The notes under the pieces are model-generated. The model did no database searches, was not told the DNA's origin, and saw only the letters and a program-made list of their open reading frames with translations. A stretch of DNA of 64,000 bases. Source: Klebsormidium nitens (taxonomy: Eukaryota > Plantae > Klebsormidiophyceae). Positions 1 to 19,031 of the stretch are shown in pieces (within the stretch, counting starts at the first letter, position 1; each line of letters opens with the position of its first letter). Made by a program: the position numbers and the translations under genes. The stretch covers positions 11,286 to 75,285 of the forward strand of contig DF237409.1 in assembly GCA_000708835.1 (NCBI GenBank), read 5' to 3'.

Positions 1-63
1 TACCTCCCAGTTCTTCGCTTGGAATGGCCGTACCCAATTTCCACGCCGCTGCTCCTTGTGCAG

Positions 64-960
64 AGCTGAGCGAAGAGGAGGTGGAAGACGTGCAGTTCAA
101 GCAGGCGTGGCTTTGCTACTTTTGGCGACGTGCGCGTCGAAGGGGCATCGAGAACGTAAGGCTCGCATGCCATCTTACGGCTGTTCTTTAGAAAACGTAA
201 TCTTTAACATGGCTAGAGATGAATACCAGTACAGGCAAGAAGGATGAAAAAGTGGTCGAAACCTGGTCGACCCTCCTGTATCCATTTAGACTTTGCGTCT
301 CCTGCGATCAGGCGGAGCCTGCCGGACTCCATCCAGTAACTTCGTGGTGCTCTGGTAACCGTGGACTAAAACGAGCTTTTCTGCCTCCTCGAACGCTTCA
401 TTTGAACGAGCGCTCTTGGATATGAGCTTCTCTGTAGCGGTGAGGTTGGTTTTCTGATAACGGAAGGGAGCGCGTTTGGGGAACCGTCGAAGTTGCTCAA
501 TCCTTGTCCGGCTTTGTGCCTGCAGGACATCGCGGATGAACGGCTAAGATATTGGATCAGCCAGTCGTCACACAATCCGGATGCGCACAGCGCTGTTGAC
601 GGTAAGATGGTGATGCCATCCTTGATGTAACAAGACGGACCTCGTTCATTATTTGTCTCCTCTCTACATCATGAACATCTTCGGTGCCCTTCCCTCCAGT
701 TGTCCTGCAGATCAGAATCGGCGCTCCTGGTCGAAGTCGGTGTTGAGCACCTCTCAATCGTGCAAAACCAGATTGCGAGATGCGCACAGGAGCATTCGTT
801 TCGAATCGTTGAACACCACGCATGAAACCAATTGCACTATTCCGTTGCAGTTGAACGGGGCCTGATGGAGGTCCGGCGTTTGGCTATTGAAGAGCAGCTT
901 TGGGCCGCTAGCAGAGCCGCCCTGGCCAGTCACCAAGATGATTCCGAAGAAGACAAGTAG
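64..960 (+). CDS. SCD2: Coiled-coil protein SCD2 (stomatal cytokinesis defective 2) homolog, last three exons; 5' part lies outside the window
   Basis: Exons 64-155, 526-601 and 851-960 have GT-AG ends and consistent phases. They splice to [78 protein letters not shown]...DK*, which matches my recollection of the plant SCD2 C-terminus (AWLxYFWxRA...ERLxxWI...DVERGLxElrkLgIEqqLWeaSR). Confidence 0.85.
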
Positions 961-1636
961 GCAAACGCTTGATGTGGTGCCAGATTGAGGGGATCTTCTC
1001 TTATGGTTAACTCCTTCTGTCACATACAAAGCATTTTTGAAGACCTTGAAGTTCCAAACCTACATGCCCGCATCATGTTGGTGGAAGTGGGGCCAAGCCA
1101 TCCCTAAGTTCGCACATGTTGATAGGGATCATGCAACCGGTGACCTGGTTCCTTGCTGTGGGGCGCTATACTGCCTTGTTCATGGGGTTGAAAGTGTTGA
1201 AAAGACTCTTCTGAAGAGCATGGCGTATGGACTCTTGGCACCGACGGAAGTTCAACCTTTAGAATGTCTCGAACACAGAGATGTCGATGCCCGTTGATTG
1301 ATGCATCCAATGGATTGTTGTTGATGCTCATGTATTGGCTTGCAATAGTCACCGCAATATACACACATGGTGACATGCGTTGAGAAGCCCCTGAACGTTC
1401 AGAGAAGCAGAAAAGCGGAAAATGTAGAACGATCTGATCATCTCATGGCGCGAGTGCACGTATACGATTGTCGATTATGAATCAAAAGTCAGAAGTTTTT
1501 GTCACCATGACACGCGCCGTGATCGACATGAAAGTTTATCATGTTGCCGATGAAAAGTTGAAGACGACATATTGACCCAGACGTACGTTGTGATGTGCCC
1601 CATCTTTTCCTGATCCTATATACCAGACATTCTAAG

Positions 1637-1680
1637 CAATAACAATAACAATAACAATAACAATGACAATAACAATAACA
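1637..1680. repeat. (CAATAA)n microsatellite, about 7 units with one variant
   Basis: Read directly: caataacaataacaataacaataacaatgacaataacaataaca. Confidence 0.95.
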
Positions 1681-1949
1681 AGCTGGCTGCAGCTTCAGGG
1701 AAGATCCAATTAGGAATTCGAGAAAGCGGTGCAGGAGTCAAGCACTTGAAGTTGCAGAGTCGGCCTGGCAAGCTGGATCATGGTGTCGTACCTGCGCTTG
1801 CTGTCAGCCTCGCTGCTTGCACGTCGACCGAGCGATCTTGCAGGGAGCGACATCGACCGCTCCCATCCATTACCGAATGTTGGCCGAAAGGCGTGGCTTA
1901 ACGCGGGCCGTTCAAAACGGGTGAAGTCGAATATCGAACGATAGAGGAT

Positions 1950-1969
1950 GGAAATATCGAGAAGCTTCC
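1950..1969 (+). promoter_or_regulatory. Heat-shock element (alternating nGAAn/nTTCn) upstream of Hsp70
   Basis: gGAAa-tATCg-aGAAg-cTTCc gives four in-register pentamers with one mismatch, about 250 bp upstream of the Hsp70 ATG. Confidence 0.6.
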
Positions 1970-2183
1970 AGTTCTGCACTTTATCCTCCCCTCTGATTCT
2001 GAACTCGTCCTCCACCGCTGTGTCTTGTTATTCACGGAAGAAGCTTTGGCGGCGGTCAGATCTCACAGTTCGCAGATCAGAAAGTTGCTCTCCGGCAGCA
2101 TTGTCGCATCCTCTCACAGGCTTTACCAAACGCATCCTCGACGCTCACAATATTGCGTTCTTTGCCTTCTGTTGAGTATCTGA

Positions 2184-7059
<4,876 letters not shown>

Positions 7060-8300
7060 GCGCGCATAGAGATTATTCGGACCGATTCTTTGGAGGCGTG
7101 AGACGATTCCTTATTAGAAAGGCCTTGAGATTGTTCCTCAGTGACACGTACGTTGTGTAACTAGTCCTAATTTTGATAAGAAGCTGCATTCAGCAGCCGT
7201 AATAATGGCATTTGTTCCACCGATACGCATACATTCACGCGCATATGCTGTTGTGCAAGTTCTCCTGGTGCATTAGCAAGAACCTTGAAGCACACGCAGT
7301 CTAGGATGTAGCATGTTCAGCATTGCATCCATGGATTGAGTACCATGAGTCGCACTTATTCCATGCAATGCAATGCTACATGGCCAGCTTTCCGACACCA
7401 AGACATCCTGAGCTCTGCCAGGCTCAGGATCGAATAAGCCATGTCATGAGGCAGTTATTCCCACCACGCAGTAGCTACCGGCATACACTCACCACTGAGA
7501 CCTCGCCATGCAAAAAAAGTGCTAGCTTTTGTAATTTGATATAATCAGGGTTCAAATCACAAATCGACCACATCTACTGAGAACTCCTGACCATTCCATG
7601 CATGGGGTCTCGTCAGACCTTGTACTAAGCATCATGTGCGTTCCGATCCAATTCTGCATAACCCCAGTGGTGGTCTAGTTCGATTCACATGTGCTCGTCT
7701 ATGCACGCGACCTTTCAAGTTTCCGAGGTTAGAAGAAAGCATAGGTTGTTGATCGTGACAAAACCCTCAGAATACGTCTCCACCCACTACAATTTAGCTT
7801 TTCCAGTCACGGCTGCTCCACACCATATCGACCCTAAGACGACTGCTGCATTCTCCTCAGTGACCTGCACGTCTATAATTACGTGAGCGTTGTCGGAGAA
7901 CAACATTAAGACCTGCGCGCCAATGACCGAGCATATTTCAAACGTGAAGCTATATACTAACCTAGACTACCCTGAACCTTGGCACCCGCAACCCTACCTG
8001 GCCACACATGATTGATCTCTCTTAAATTGGGCTGTTCCTAGCTTTGCGAGCGGCTTGCTATTCTGAAGTTTGGAGTTACGACCAGCAGGGATTGATCATT
8101 TCGGATACACCTGTCTGTATAACCCCTAACTCCGATGATTCTCTTTCATTCCCGATGCCCGCTACGATGCCCGCAGTTGATCAACCCTGACTCACGAACA
8201 CGAGTCAGCTTAAGGCCGTCCTATATATCCTATTGATAGTACAGCCCTCGGGCTCCGATCACTCTTTCAATCATTCATTTTGTCGCAACGTTGTCAACCC

Positions 8301-11300
8301 TCAGATCTTGGACGTTTTCAGCGAGATGGGGGGTCCGAACATTGACTCGAGGACCTGCATTTGTAAGAGCGCAATATTGAGAAGCCAGTAAATACGTCAA
8401 TACAGATATAACTCAGACGCGAGCACGTCTATGAGAATTTGTCCAAGACCTTCTCTCGAAGAGGTGGACGTCCTTCAATCCAAAAAGGCGCGCGGCCAAG
8501 TTCGAGGTCTCAGGTTGGACTGAAAACTTAACTAGACAAAATGCCTAACCGCGGGTATCTGACGCTTCCTACGTGCATTTGAATTGGACATGATTGTCTG
8601 CTGCGTAATGCGCAGGGCACGAGTACTGTGGATTGGAAGCAACCTCAAGCACTCTGCCTGCCCCCGATCCCGGCGACATTTCCAAGCATGGAACAGCCCA
8701 TTGTTCCAAAGCCGAATGTTCAAACCGCAACTCCTACCGTGGCGCTGATTGAAGTTGTTAACCAAGGGAATCGAAGTGACCGCATCACGAAAACTTTCCT
8801 CCTCTTTTGAGAGTTCTCGACCAGTACACTCTCAATTCGAAGCATGACAGTATGTTTGACCTGTCAAGACTTCTTTACCAATGGTGACTTTGGCCTCCGC
8901 TGAATCGCTCCAATGCACCGAGCTCGCACAAACCAAAACCTGGAACCTCGCACAAACCAGGGCAAACCCAGGACTTCAACCCACAGCTGACCCACCCTAA
9001 AGCCGCAAACCTTCGCAACACTTGTCGGGCGCTGATCCATCTGTCTCTAGCCAAAACTTAACACTCCTCGAATCCGTTGAACATTCTGCTCTTACCTTGC
9101 GCTGATTGGCCTCGTTGTGGCAGAACCAGGACAGGTGTCCCTCCCCCTCTAGTTCGTGAAGGTGGAGCCGCGGCAGCCGCCGCTTGGCGTACCGCTGGAA
9201 GCCCTTCGGCACCAGCCAGTCTTCCGTCCCCTGGAAAGATAGATCCTCGTGAGCGACGTACGGGCTTCGTTAAGTTTCAGCAATTTTGAAAGCCTTTCTT
9301 GGCACCGTTGGATTGCTTCTCGTGGCTCTGAAAGAGTATCTTGGTGCTAGTGGAAACGGAATTTCTCATTCCTTACATCGCAGGTTTTCTCCTTCCCGCA
9401 TGGAAGTTATTTCGGTTCTTGCCGAAGTTCAGAAATGACCAACAAAGCGAAGTTCCGTTTGCCCTCCGAGTCAAGAATGTGGGTCCTGGCATTACACAGC
9501 TGATCGTAACCCAAAACAATGCTCATCGTAACCAAAAACGCTGCTGATGGAGTCGGATAAGATTCTCTCCCTTCCAGCCTGACCTGCCAGATGTGGATGG
9601 GTTTGTCGAACCCGGTGAGGTCCCCCGGCTCGAAGCCCCAGCTGCCGGCCATCGTGTGGATGTCGTCGGCGAACGGCGCCCCCGAGCGCTGTCGAAACGC
9701 CTCCGTGTTGTCCTTCTGCAGGCGGAATTGAACGTTGGAGGATTGGGAAGTCGGACAAAAAAGCAAGACAACGAAAAGCAGAACTAAAGGCGCAGAACAA
9801 GAAAAAGGTGACGATGGGGAAGAATTAGAAGTGTGGTTCATGGCAAGATTGAGACGTCACGTTATGTTTTCCTGTGGGCGAAGCTCTAACCGCTCGACCA
9901 AAATTTTGATGAGAAATTCAAAGCAAAGGAGATTCGAAAGAAACAAGGAAGATCAGAACACAATCCGAACAGTAGAACGTTGTCACTTTTGAAATGCCTC
10001 CTACTTTAGCCTGCCGTAGACAATGCTCGAAAAAAGAAAGTCGAAAGAAAGACTACCGAAATCAGTACCGAACTTAGAAATCTTTAATTGCCCCGTTGAA
10101 ATGGCCTCGTGTTGCCTTTCTGTCGAAGATGCTCGAAGGTTTCGTAAGTTGGAGCAGCTTAATAGTAGGGCGGAGTTGTCAAGTAAGGAGACTCGAAGAC
10201 AAAGCGAACAAGAGAGGGCGTTGAACTTGAGTCGGCCCCTCGTTTCTTCATTGATGACTTCTCATCGCAATCTCAACGATTCGATCCTTCCCCGAGTTCG
10301 CCACGACCAACCTCCGACTGCAACAACACCGACAGGCACTGACGTCTTCTTCTAACTTCGACTAAAAGCAGCTCCAGAATAGGGTGGTTTTTCGCTCTCT
10401 TTTTTTCCTCCACTTCATTGTTTTCGTTATTCTCTTTTGTTATTCTCTTTTGTTATTCTTTTGAACGATTGCAGATTCTTAACAGTAAAACTCGTCAAAT
10501 TCCGCAGCTGTCAACGAGGCAACCACTCGAATCCAGCAACAGACGGAAGACATTACCGTGAGCATCTCAGCCGCGCCCGGTTTCTGAAGGTACGCTTTGT
10601 CGGGCGGCGAAAAGCGCTTCATTCCGTGCCGAACCCAGCGATCGCCGGTGTTGGGCAGGATCACGCGTTGTGCCCATAAGTCGAGCGCCCATCGGGGGAC
10701 GTGCCGCCCATACGCTATGGTGTACTGCGCCAGAAAAGGGAGGGGTTTTGAGAGGCTCAGCTCCCCGTCCAGAAAGCCGCATTTTCCCGAGTCCTAGCTT
10801 AGTCTCTCACGCCAAGTCATGAAAGACAAAGAATCCCGGAAAACTCGTGTAGAAAACTCGGGGTTCAAGTTGTCCGGGTAGAAACGAAGCGAAAGACAAA
10901 AGCAATGCAAGGCCGACATCTAGTGTCAAAAATGTTCCACGGGAGTTGTAAACGCGAGGCTCTAGTACGACGAGGAACCTTTAGTCCAGTTCCTTGTATC
11001 CCAACCGTTCGGTACGAGACTTCTCAAGATTCCCGATGAACGCAAGTTGTCCAGGAACAAGAGAAATGTTGACCCGGCCAAGGAGAGCTCCACGCTTCGT
11101 GGGCATCTGCGAAACTCCGAGGAAAAATAACCGGGAGCGGCATCTTCCCTGAGGCCATACAAATCCTTGATCTGTCTCTTCAAATTGACGGGCCTTTGTC
11201 ACGTCGTGCTATTGCTAGTTCAAAGGACGAAATTGCTTGACCTTTGCCCCGATCGTAAGGTCGGGGACATTCGGAGAGTGGTGGGTTCCTTTCGATTTGC

Positions 11301-13924
11301 TCCTACCAGCGTGGCAATGATAGCACACGTTCGAATCCCTTGAAATGCGCGGCAACCCACTAGCCAACTTCAGGTCAAACCCGCCGTAATGGCACAATCC
11401 CCGGCCGTTCTGTTTTCCAGGGACCCTGACATGCCACTTCCCACCCTTGGGAACAACATATTCCGACACTTCAAGCAGTGTTGGAAAAAACATGACGCGC
11501 CAGTACTGCAACGACCCTTCTAGACGTTATAAAAGGTCTGTCCGTTCCGAGCCACTTGTCAGCATGCAAACGGAGTGGCAGCTTAAGAATCAACTCCAGC
11601 CTTGCTTACCTTGGAGTCCCCCGGAATCTCCCGCCAGATGTCGGCCCGCTCCTGTGACGTCAGCCCCGGCCAGTGCAGGCTGCCGACGGGAGCCCACAGG
11701 GTCGCCCCGGCCAGGCGCTCCGGTATGTACCTGGGAGGGTCACATTGGAACCGAGTAAATCAGGCTGTTGCGAGCGTTTCTTGGCGCTTTCGACTTGCGA
11801 AATCACGCAATGATCATTCTCATGACTGATTGCTAACAGAGGAGCTTGACGTCAGCCAACAACGGGCATGGATCTGCAGCTGTAAAGCGCGTGGGGTTTG
11901 ACCGATGTTCCTGAAGACAAGCAAGTATTCACTTCTGTCGAACGCCCAAGCCCTGTCAGCAGAGAATGATTCAACGGCGTTGCATCTACTTGTGGGCGAA
12001 AGAGGACCATTGCAACAGACAAAAACTCTCTTGTCTCAGAGAAAGAGACACCCAACTCAAGTTCGAGGCCTTGACGCAAAGACAAAGTAGTCCCTGCCAG
12101 GTGAGTCACATTACCAAAGCTCACCTGATAGCGCCCCATGCAAAAGCTCCCCCCATGGAGTATCCAAGTACCCAGAACTTCTCCGGGAACTGTAAAGCGT
12201 CCGCAACCCGTGCCAAGTCATGCGCTTCGGACCGGAAAGTGCGTCCCGGCCGCGCGTCCGACTGTCCGTATCCGGGGCGGTCGATGGCGACCATGCGGAC
12301 GCCGTAGTCAGCCAGGGTCTCGTTGGAAATGCCTGTCGGGAGAAACCTTTGTTGAGAAAAGCGGCAGAACTTTGGTGTACTGTTGGCGTGATTAACTGTG
12401 GGGCCTCCATGGCTCGAGACCGGTCTAGAGGGCGGGGGTGTCAAGTCCAGCGTCTGTTTGCATAGTCTCCTGACGGATCGCTCTCAGGATAATAAGAATA
12501 AAAGAAGCTCTCATGACATCTCTCTTAGGGGTCAGGAATTGCAACTTCCTCGAAGTCCTGCCCAAAGCATCCAAAGGCTGTTAGCCTGTGCCTGGCTGAG
12601 GGCACCAACTCAAAGCCAGGAAGGCGCGTTTACTCTGAAAGGTTTGGGATCCAAAGCCGACGCTACAATCTTGACGGGTGTGACAAAATTGTTCTAATGT
12701 TACCGAGATTGACAGCTTTGACGCGCACATGCAGTCTGAGCTATTTACTACACCTATATTTGAGTTTATTCACACCCAAGCCCCTGTTATGACAGACGTG
12801 AGGAGGTGTGAATAGCCCCACTAGCTGACCTGGCATGTTAGACAGTCTGGATGACCCCAGGCCGTGCAACAATAGTAGGGAATGCCTTGCATCTGACGGC
12901 CGGCACCCTTTCTCCAGGTACGCCACTTGTCGGCCATCGGGAAGCTGCGGATAACAAATTTAGTAAACACAGCACCCCTGATGAGTAGTCTTCGGTCGTA
13001 TGCATGACAATTTGACAGTGTTCGCTCCAAATGGAGCCATACTGTTTCTGCCTTTGTCATACGGTTTGCCTATCAGCTTTGCTGATGCAATGCTGTCAAC
13101 AAAAACGTCTTTGGCCCATTTGTACAATAATGAAAAGCTACATGCAATTCTCCTTGCCTCCTTGCCCCACCTTTTGGTGTCACGCTCCCCCAGACTATTT
13201 GAGACCCGTTCATCTTAGCTACTCCTAGTGACAGAGCCGCTTCTTTCAGCAAGACCTTTAGTGACAAAGGAAACAAAAGGAATGTGCTCAAATTCCTATA
13301 TCATGTTCTTTCTTGCAATGGAAGAGGGAAGATGTGCCGAAATGGCGTGGAAGTTGCGTTTTCAAAAGTCATGCAGCTCTTCAAAACCTTGAAATACAAC
13401 CTACTCCGCTGCTTGCACAATCCTGGGGAAAAAGTTTAAACAAAGCCTTAAGGATAGCGAATGAGGCTGGTGTTCTGAGGCTGGCAGATATAACTTTACA
13501 GTCAGATGTAAGAACAAGGAGGAATGTGTACTGCTGTGAGGGTTAGAGACTGCAAAGGTTCCTGAGAGCCGTAGTAAAGTAGCTCAGACACAGACAAGGT
13601 TGCAGCACACAGAACAAAGAGCATCATTCAGAGCTTCATGCGGTGCTCATTAAAGAAGGATTGTGGAAGGTCGGCTCTTCTGAGCTGCCACCTGCCAGCC
13701 CTACCTCAGGAATGGCCCAAACATTCCCCAACGTCAAAAGAGGGTAAGAAGGAAGAGAAGACAAGGGCGAGAAGAGGGTAAAATGAAAGAAGAGAACAGT
13801 GAGGAATAACGCTCACCGTTATCTTTGGGACTGAGGCATCCGCAACCACCAACGCAGCAGCTTTCCAGAGCTGCAGATGACGCAGAATTGACTTCACAAA
13901 GCCAAGATTCAACCAGAAAGTCAT
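8301..13924 (-). CDS. Alpha/beta-hydrolase (AB hydrolase-1 type, plant At5g02970/At2g36290-like); start codon tentative
   Basis: Minus-strand exons: 13924(or 13870)-13817, 12944-12830, 12332-12125, 11730-11610, 10724-10557, 9715-9584, 9230-9096, 8354-8301. They give PKIT-LPDGRQVAYLEKG...LLHGLGSSR...IDRPGYGQSD...VLGYSMGG (nucleophile elbow)...HIWQ-GTEDWLVP (Asp)...GEGHLSWF (His)...VLESMFGPP...KI*. Confidence 0.88.
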
Positions 13925-15176
13925 CTTGGAAACCTTGTCCAGCGGAGTCTCAAGGCTTCAATTTGCACCAAACTCGCAACACTTTGTCGACATGGTTAAC
14001 TGCAAGGCAGCTTCCCAAGTGTGCGCTCAAAAATTATGGAGTTCTGACGACTTTGATAGAAGAGGAGGAGCAAGGCGTTTGATATAAGACATGGGGCGGC
14101 AGCCATGCTCTGTTCTTTGCAAGCAGGAAACTAGGCTGGTGAGAGAGTGTGTACTCTAGTGAAGCCTTAACCGGATTTTTGCCCCCCCACTCCCAGACTA
14201 TTCACTGTTCACTTGAAACCAGGTTCAAGGCTTTAACCACATTCTAAACCATCGCAAATCAGGATGATCCCCCTAGCATCTAGCTACATCGCTCAGCATG
14301 GCCACTTAAAAGATTCACCAACTTCGCTCACGGCAGGTCCGCCGCGGCCTGTTCAATGGTACCTGCAGGGACAGATCAGATTCGACAGCGCCACATGGTT
14401 CCAATTGGAAGCAAGCAGCAACCATAGGACGTCGGTCCACATGCATCCAACGCTCTTGTGGAAGCGAGTTGAGGCATTCTTCTGCCGATTGTCCAATTTC
14501 TGGCACACATATGCAGTAGATGCAGTAGAAGCTAGGTGACCGGCTGCAGAATCGCCGCGGCGGCAGTATTCAATATACTGTAGCATGCTTGCATGGGGTT
14601 GGACATGCATGGTTCCTTTTGCACCCATGATTGGAGGAAAGTTCCAAGATCGACCAGCTCGAGCATGGCCCGGTGCAAGGCTCTCTTCGCTAACTGAACT
14701 TTAGTCCAGACACGTTACATATCGACGTTGACCTGCGCATACGAGAGGAACAATTAGATTTCAATACATCTTATAGTCATGTCGCACATTGCTCCATGGT
14801 CGGACTGCGGCCATGCCCGGCCGTTGTTCAAGTTTACCCTCAGAACATCCCAAAGGTGGTTCGGCTGCAGCTTATCCGTAACGGCTGAGCCCACATGTCT
14901 GCAACTAGTGTTGAGGGACTTTGCAGATGTCTCACATGGGGCTAAGGAGATCATGCCTGTCATAATGATATGTTTGCAAGCAGCCGCTTCCGACAATCAG
15001 GAATGCTAGATACAATCGTCAGAAGCCCTGACTCGGTTTTGCCAGCTCGAGTCGCTTCGTTTTGACGTTGAACAGGCCTGCCGCGCTGAACGTGCCCTCA
15101 TTATGTACACAGTCAACTTCGAATCGAGAACTATCCACGACGTTAGTGATCAGGTGTCGGACAAAGCGTCTACGGT

Positions 15177-18100
15177 TTAGCGCACCATGCTCGCCAAAAT
15201 CAGTGCACGAGCCATGATATCGTTTGCCACAAAATCCTTCTCCGCTCTCCTCTCCTGCCGGCGCTTGTTCTTAGCCCTTTTCGCCGCTGTCCGCTCATAG
15301 CGTTCCACATAGGCTAGTCGGAAGCGCTCAGCAATTGGTACTAAACTAGCATCAGCAGACCTCTGAGTTTCTTCCAGGTCTTCCTTTTCGTTCCCTACCT
15401 GGTGTGCCCAACTTGCCGGATCAATGCCATCCAATAAGGGCCCATCTAAAGGCTCTTCCAATCGTGCATAGTATGGAAGATCTCGCCTCCGCTTTGGATT
15501 GACTGTAACTCGAGGAAACTCTCTTTCCAATCGGAGCAGAGACGCTTCGTCTACAGAAGGCTGCAAACAGAAGCAACTGTTTATTAGGAAATCGAGGCAC
15601 ACTTTACGTGGTCACGAGATGGCTGGGTCGTATCGATATTGATGCATCGTAATCGTGGCCACCTGACATACACTCTAAGTTCTCACTGCAACAACACGTC
15701 TTGACTTTCAACTTCCACTGCCATTGCGGAGAGCAAGACCAGTTGAAGAGGAAATCAACGGTGGTGCCAATAATTACAGACCGCTTCAGTCGGCGCCGAG
15801 ACGAATGCTTTCAGTTCGAATTTCATTTCTCGCCCAGCATAATAGCAGATCATTAGCAGATCCTCCATAGGAAACGAACGTCATTTTGAAAAAGCAGGCC
15901 AATACAAGCATCGCTGTAAACTGAATTCCGGCTTCGATAAGGATACTGAAGCTGGTTCAAATCTCTGATGAAGGACTTAGAAATCCGACATGTTCAGATT
16001 TGAACCAACCAGACCTTACACAGACACGTCAATCCAAGAATCACCTGCTTAGATCGCTTGAAGAAGCTAGAGTCTAGAGTGAGGCTTGACATCCGAATGA
16101 CCCTCAGTTCGATCCAAAGGCGTCAAGACAGCTTTGCGAATATAGTAGCCTCTTCTCACCCAAATCAGCCAGTCCAACGCTCCCGCCCCCACGGCCACCT
16201 TGTCGACGTTCACCTCCTCCCAACTTGACGACTCCTCTGCTGACTGCAGCTGCGGTACCAGGTGCTTGATCGACCGCTGCGCCGTCCGGTTGCTAATGGC
16301 GTCCCCCCTGCTCTAGGAACCGTCGATCAGGGGAACGCCTAATGCGTGCGGTGTCTCTAGAAATCTCGAACGTTGAGGCTCGAGACGGAGACACAAACAG
16401 CGTGTCTTTGATTTGAGAAGCGGTACTACCAATTCGCATTAAGAAACCTGAAATAGCTGATGCGGACATACGCGCAAAGGAGACACGGTCGAGATAGGAA
16501 TCATCAAGGGGTCTCTCCAGAATCTGTGCTTTTCAGAGCGCAACTTGAGCAAAGCGTTTTTGAACGACTCAAAGGCTGCAGCTTTCTGCTTCGGTTGTTG
16601 TAAGTTAACAGGAGAGACCTTGACGTAGCCTGGCGGGCGTCTAAAATGGCCCGTCGAAATGTGATAGTACGCGATCGCCAAGAAGGACAGAGACGCTCAC
16701 CCTAGTCGTAACGTGTGAATCTCCGGACAGTGTCGGACGAGGGCCTCAATGCTTTTCGACGAGATGTTCGGACAGCACCTGCGGGGAAGAAGCGACATTA
16801 TTGGAAAGGATTCCCAGCCCCGTTTGTTGCGAAAGCAGACGACTCTTACTGTCACAAAGGGCACAGCCGGCCCTTTGAACGGGTCTCTGCCTGAGATCGA
16901 TACTTATGCTCGTTTCCTTGAGCTGCTGACGAAGTGTTGAAGGGCAGAGCATCTCTTTGAGCCTTTCTCATCAATCGAGAGCACAACATCAGACATCGAA
17001 TGTGGCGCCGCTGGTTTCGAGTTGGTGTCCTGAATTCCTCCTCGAAACTAGCCCAAAACTGGTCCCCAGACCCATCGTTCGGCACAGATCAAGTATAGGT
17101 GGATACGCAAACGCTCCACAGTCGCTTGAACAAGTGCTCTTGGGTATAATGCGAACCACTTCTTTAACTCACAAACCATGTTAGACTGCCAGGACAACCA
17201 CAGATTCTGATCCAAAAAGCGCCCTCATCAGTCAAAGATTTGACTAAAGCCTTGAACCTTGCAACCTTGGGCAAACTAACCTCAAACTAACCTCAAACTA
17301 ACCTGATGTCCACGGCCCTCAAGCCTGGGCATGTCCTGGCGACTGCAGTGATGCCCTCAGCCGTCACCCCCGAACCTGATACATCCAAAATCTCGAAACT
17401 CTCGTCACACAGGGCCACCAGTATTTTATCGTTCAGGAGATTGCGTCGCCTGGCGATGGCGATGAGGGGGGCCTGCACCAAGACCAAGACACCTGATGTC
17501 AAACCACATGCATCGGAAATCTGTATTGAACTCCCCTTATCTGAAGGGCCCCTTGTGAGGAATAAAACACGAGGGCGAGTAGAACTTCGGTACACTGTAG
17601 AAAGATTTGGTCACTTAATTCTCAGAAGTTAGGCTGCGGGTATGGAGGAGGGGTGTCACAGCAGGGGTGCAAGAGCTCTTCGTCTCGGGCCATTGATCAT
17701 GCTTCGAAGTGTTGCTGTAAGTGGTTTCATGCAAGTGCGCACATCCTCTACTTTTCCCACTGTCCATGCGCCAACAGACGCAAATTTCTAATGCAAGTGA
17801 CCATCTCGCCTCCAGATCATCAAGGAGCTGCCATCATTTCACTAATGTCGCGGCACACAAAAGTTGCTTTTGAGCCTGTGTTCGGGGCGCCAACTCAAGA
17901 ACCTTCCTGGATTCGAGCACCTCGAAACTCTCAAAAGTTTCTAAACAGAAGGGCTCACCTTGGCATTTTGTGGCAGAATCCTCCCCAGGACCTCTACATC
18001 GTCCATCAGATCCTCCAAGCTGCTGCCCAGCAGCCCCAAACACAGATTCGACAGCCTGAACGGTCCCTTCGCCTGTTTCTCCGCTTCCAGAAACCCAGCC

Positions 18101-18426
18101 CTCCTGGCATTTGCCGCAAGGATCCCCCTCCCTAACGGCCCTGTCGCCTGCGCTTCTAGAAACGAAGCCTTGCGATGAAACGGAGTGGCTGTCTTATGCG
18201 AAGAAGTCCCCGTCTGATTGCTGCCCTCGCACCTGCTACTGCTTGCAGAGCGCCCGCTGCTATTTCTTTCCATGTCCAGGTCCAATAGCTCGTTCGCAAG
18301 AAGGTCCAGCTCGTAAGAATCGAGGTTCAAGTTTGCCAAAGCCCCGGGGGCGTCTTCAAGCCAAGCGACGTCTGAACTGGGCCCCAATGAGGGGTGGTGC
18401 CGGAGGCCGTGCCCAGCGCGCAACAT
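15177..18426 (-). CDS. RNI-like/AMN1-type leucine-rich repeat protein (At4g26980-like), 5 exons
   Basis: Exons 18426-17959, 17472-17303, 16778-16701, 16307-16160 and 15560-15177 join in phase: LSNLCLGLLG...IARRRNLLND...EILDVSGS...LRAVDIR-CCPNIS...SSWEEV...LDWLIW-PSVD...IAERFRLAYVER...KRAKN. Confidence 0.85.
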
Positions 18427-19031
18427 GACAGCGCGCTGACGCCTCCGCTTCCGCCGCTGGGACAGAGCGTCCTCCGCACGATGTCAGAGATTGCCAAAGC
18501 CGAATGTCTTTCTATCAGAAAGCACTTAGTAAAACGACTGAACGCTTTGAGGCGCCCAAAACTGACAGTGAGTGTCTGAAGACCTACGGTTCCAAGTGAC
18601 TCTGCATCTGCTAGTGCAGGCTGTTGAGTTCAACTTCAGGAGAGTGTGTCACCTGCTTGCTGGAATCTGCCCAACTGAACTAGCTGAAGCAAGCTGTAGT
18701 TGGGTTCTGCACCTGGCCTCCACCTGAGGCTGAGGCGCATGGATGTGTTGAAAACCAATACCGTATCGGCAACGGAATCTAAGCCGTCGGATCCGAGTCC
18801 AGCGGGACTAGAGCGGGGCGAAAATCGTAACTGGTGTAGGGCAAATTTGTGCTTAGCGTAAGTTAAAGCAAACTTAGGGCTTGCCTCCATTTCATTGTTC
18901 AATTTGTAACATCTGCATTCTTGAGACGCTTCTTCTCCACCAGCCGCTCAATAAGCCGGAGCGTTTTGCTGAGATCACGGGCCGCCAGCATTGCACTGCA
19001 AAGTTGTTCCCTTGCACCGCTGCTGCTCTAG

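Noticed and set aside
1710-2015. 101-aa minus-strand ORF upstream of Hsp70
   Set aside because: No recognisable motif or splice context; it overlaps the Hsp70 promoter and HSE and is probably a chance ORF.
11215-11511. Cys/His-containing 98-aa ORF inside a hydrolase intron
   Set aside because: Not needed for the phase-consistent gene model and lacks any recognisable transposase or zinc-finger spacing.
14663-14685. AGCATGGCCCGGTGCAAGG, resembling part of the U6 snRNA stem-loop
   Set aside because: Short, mismatched match with no ACAGAGA box or flanking U6 sequence.
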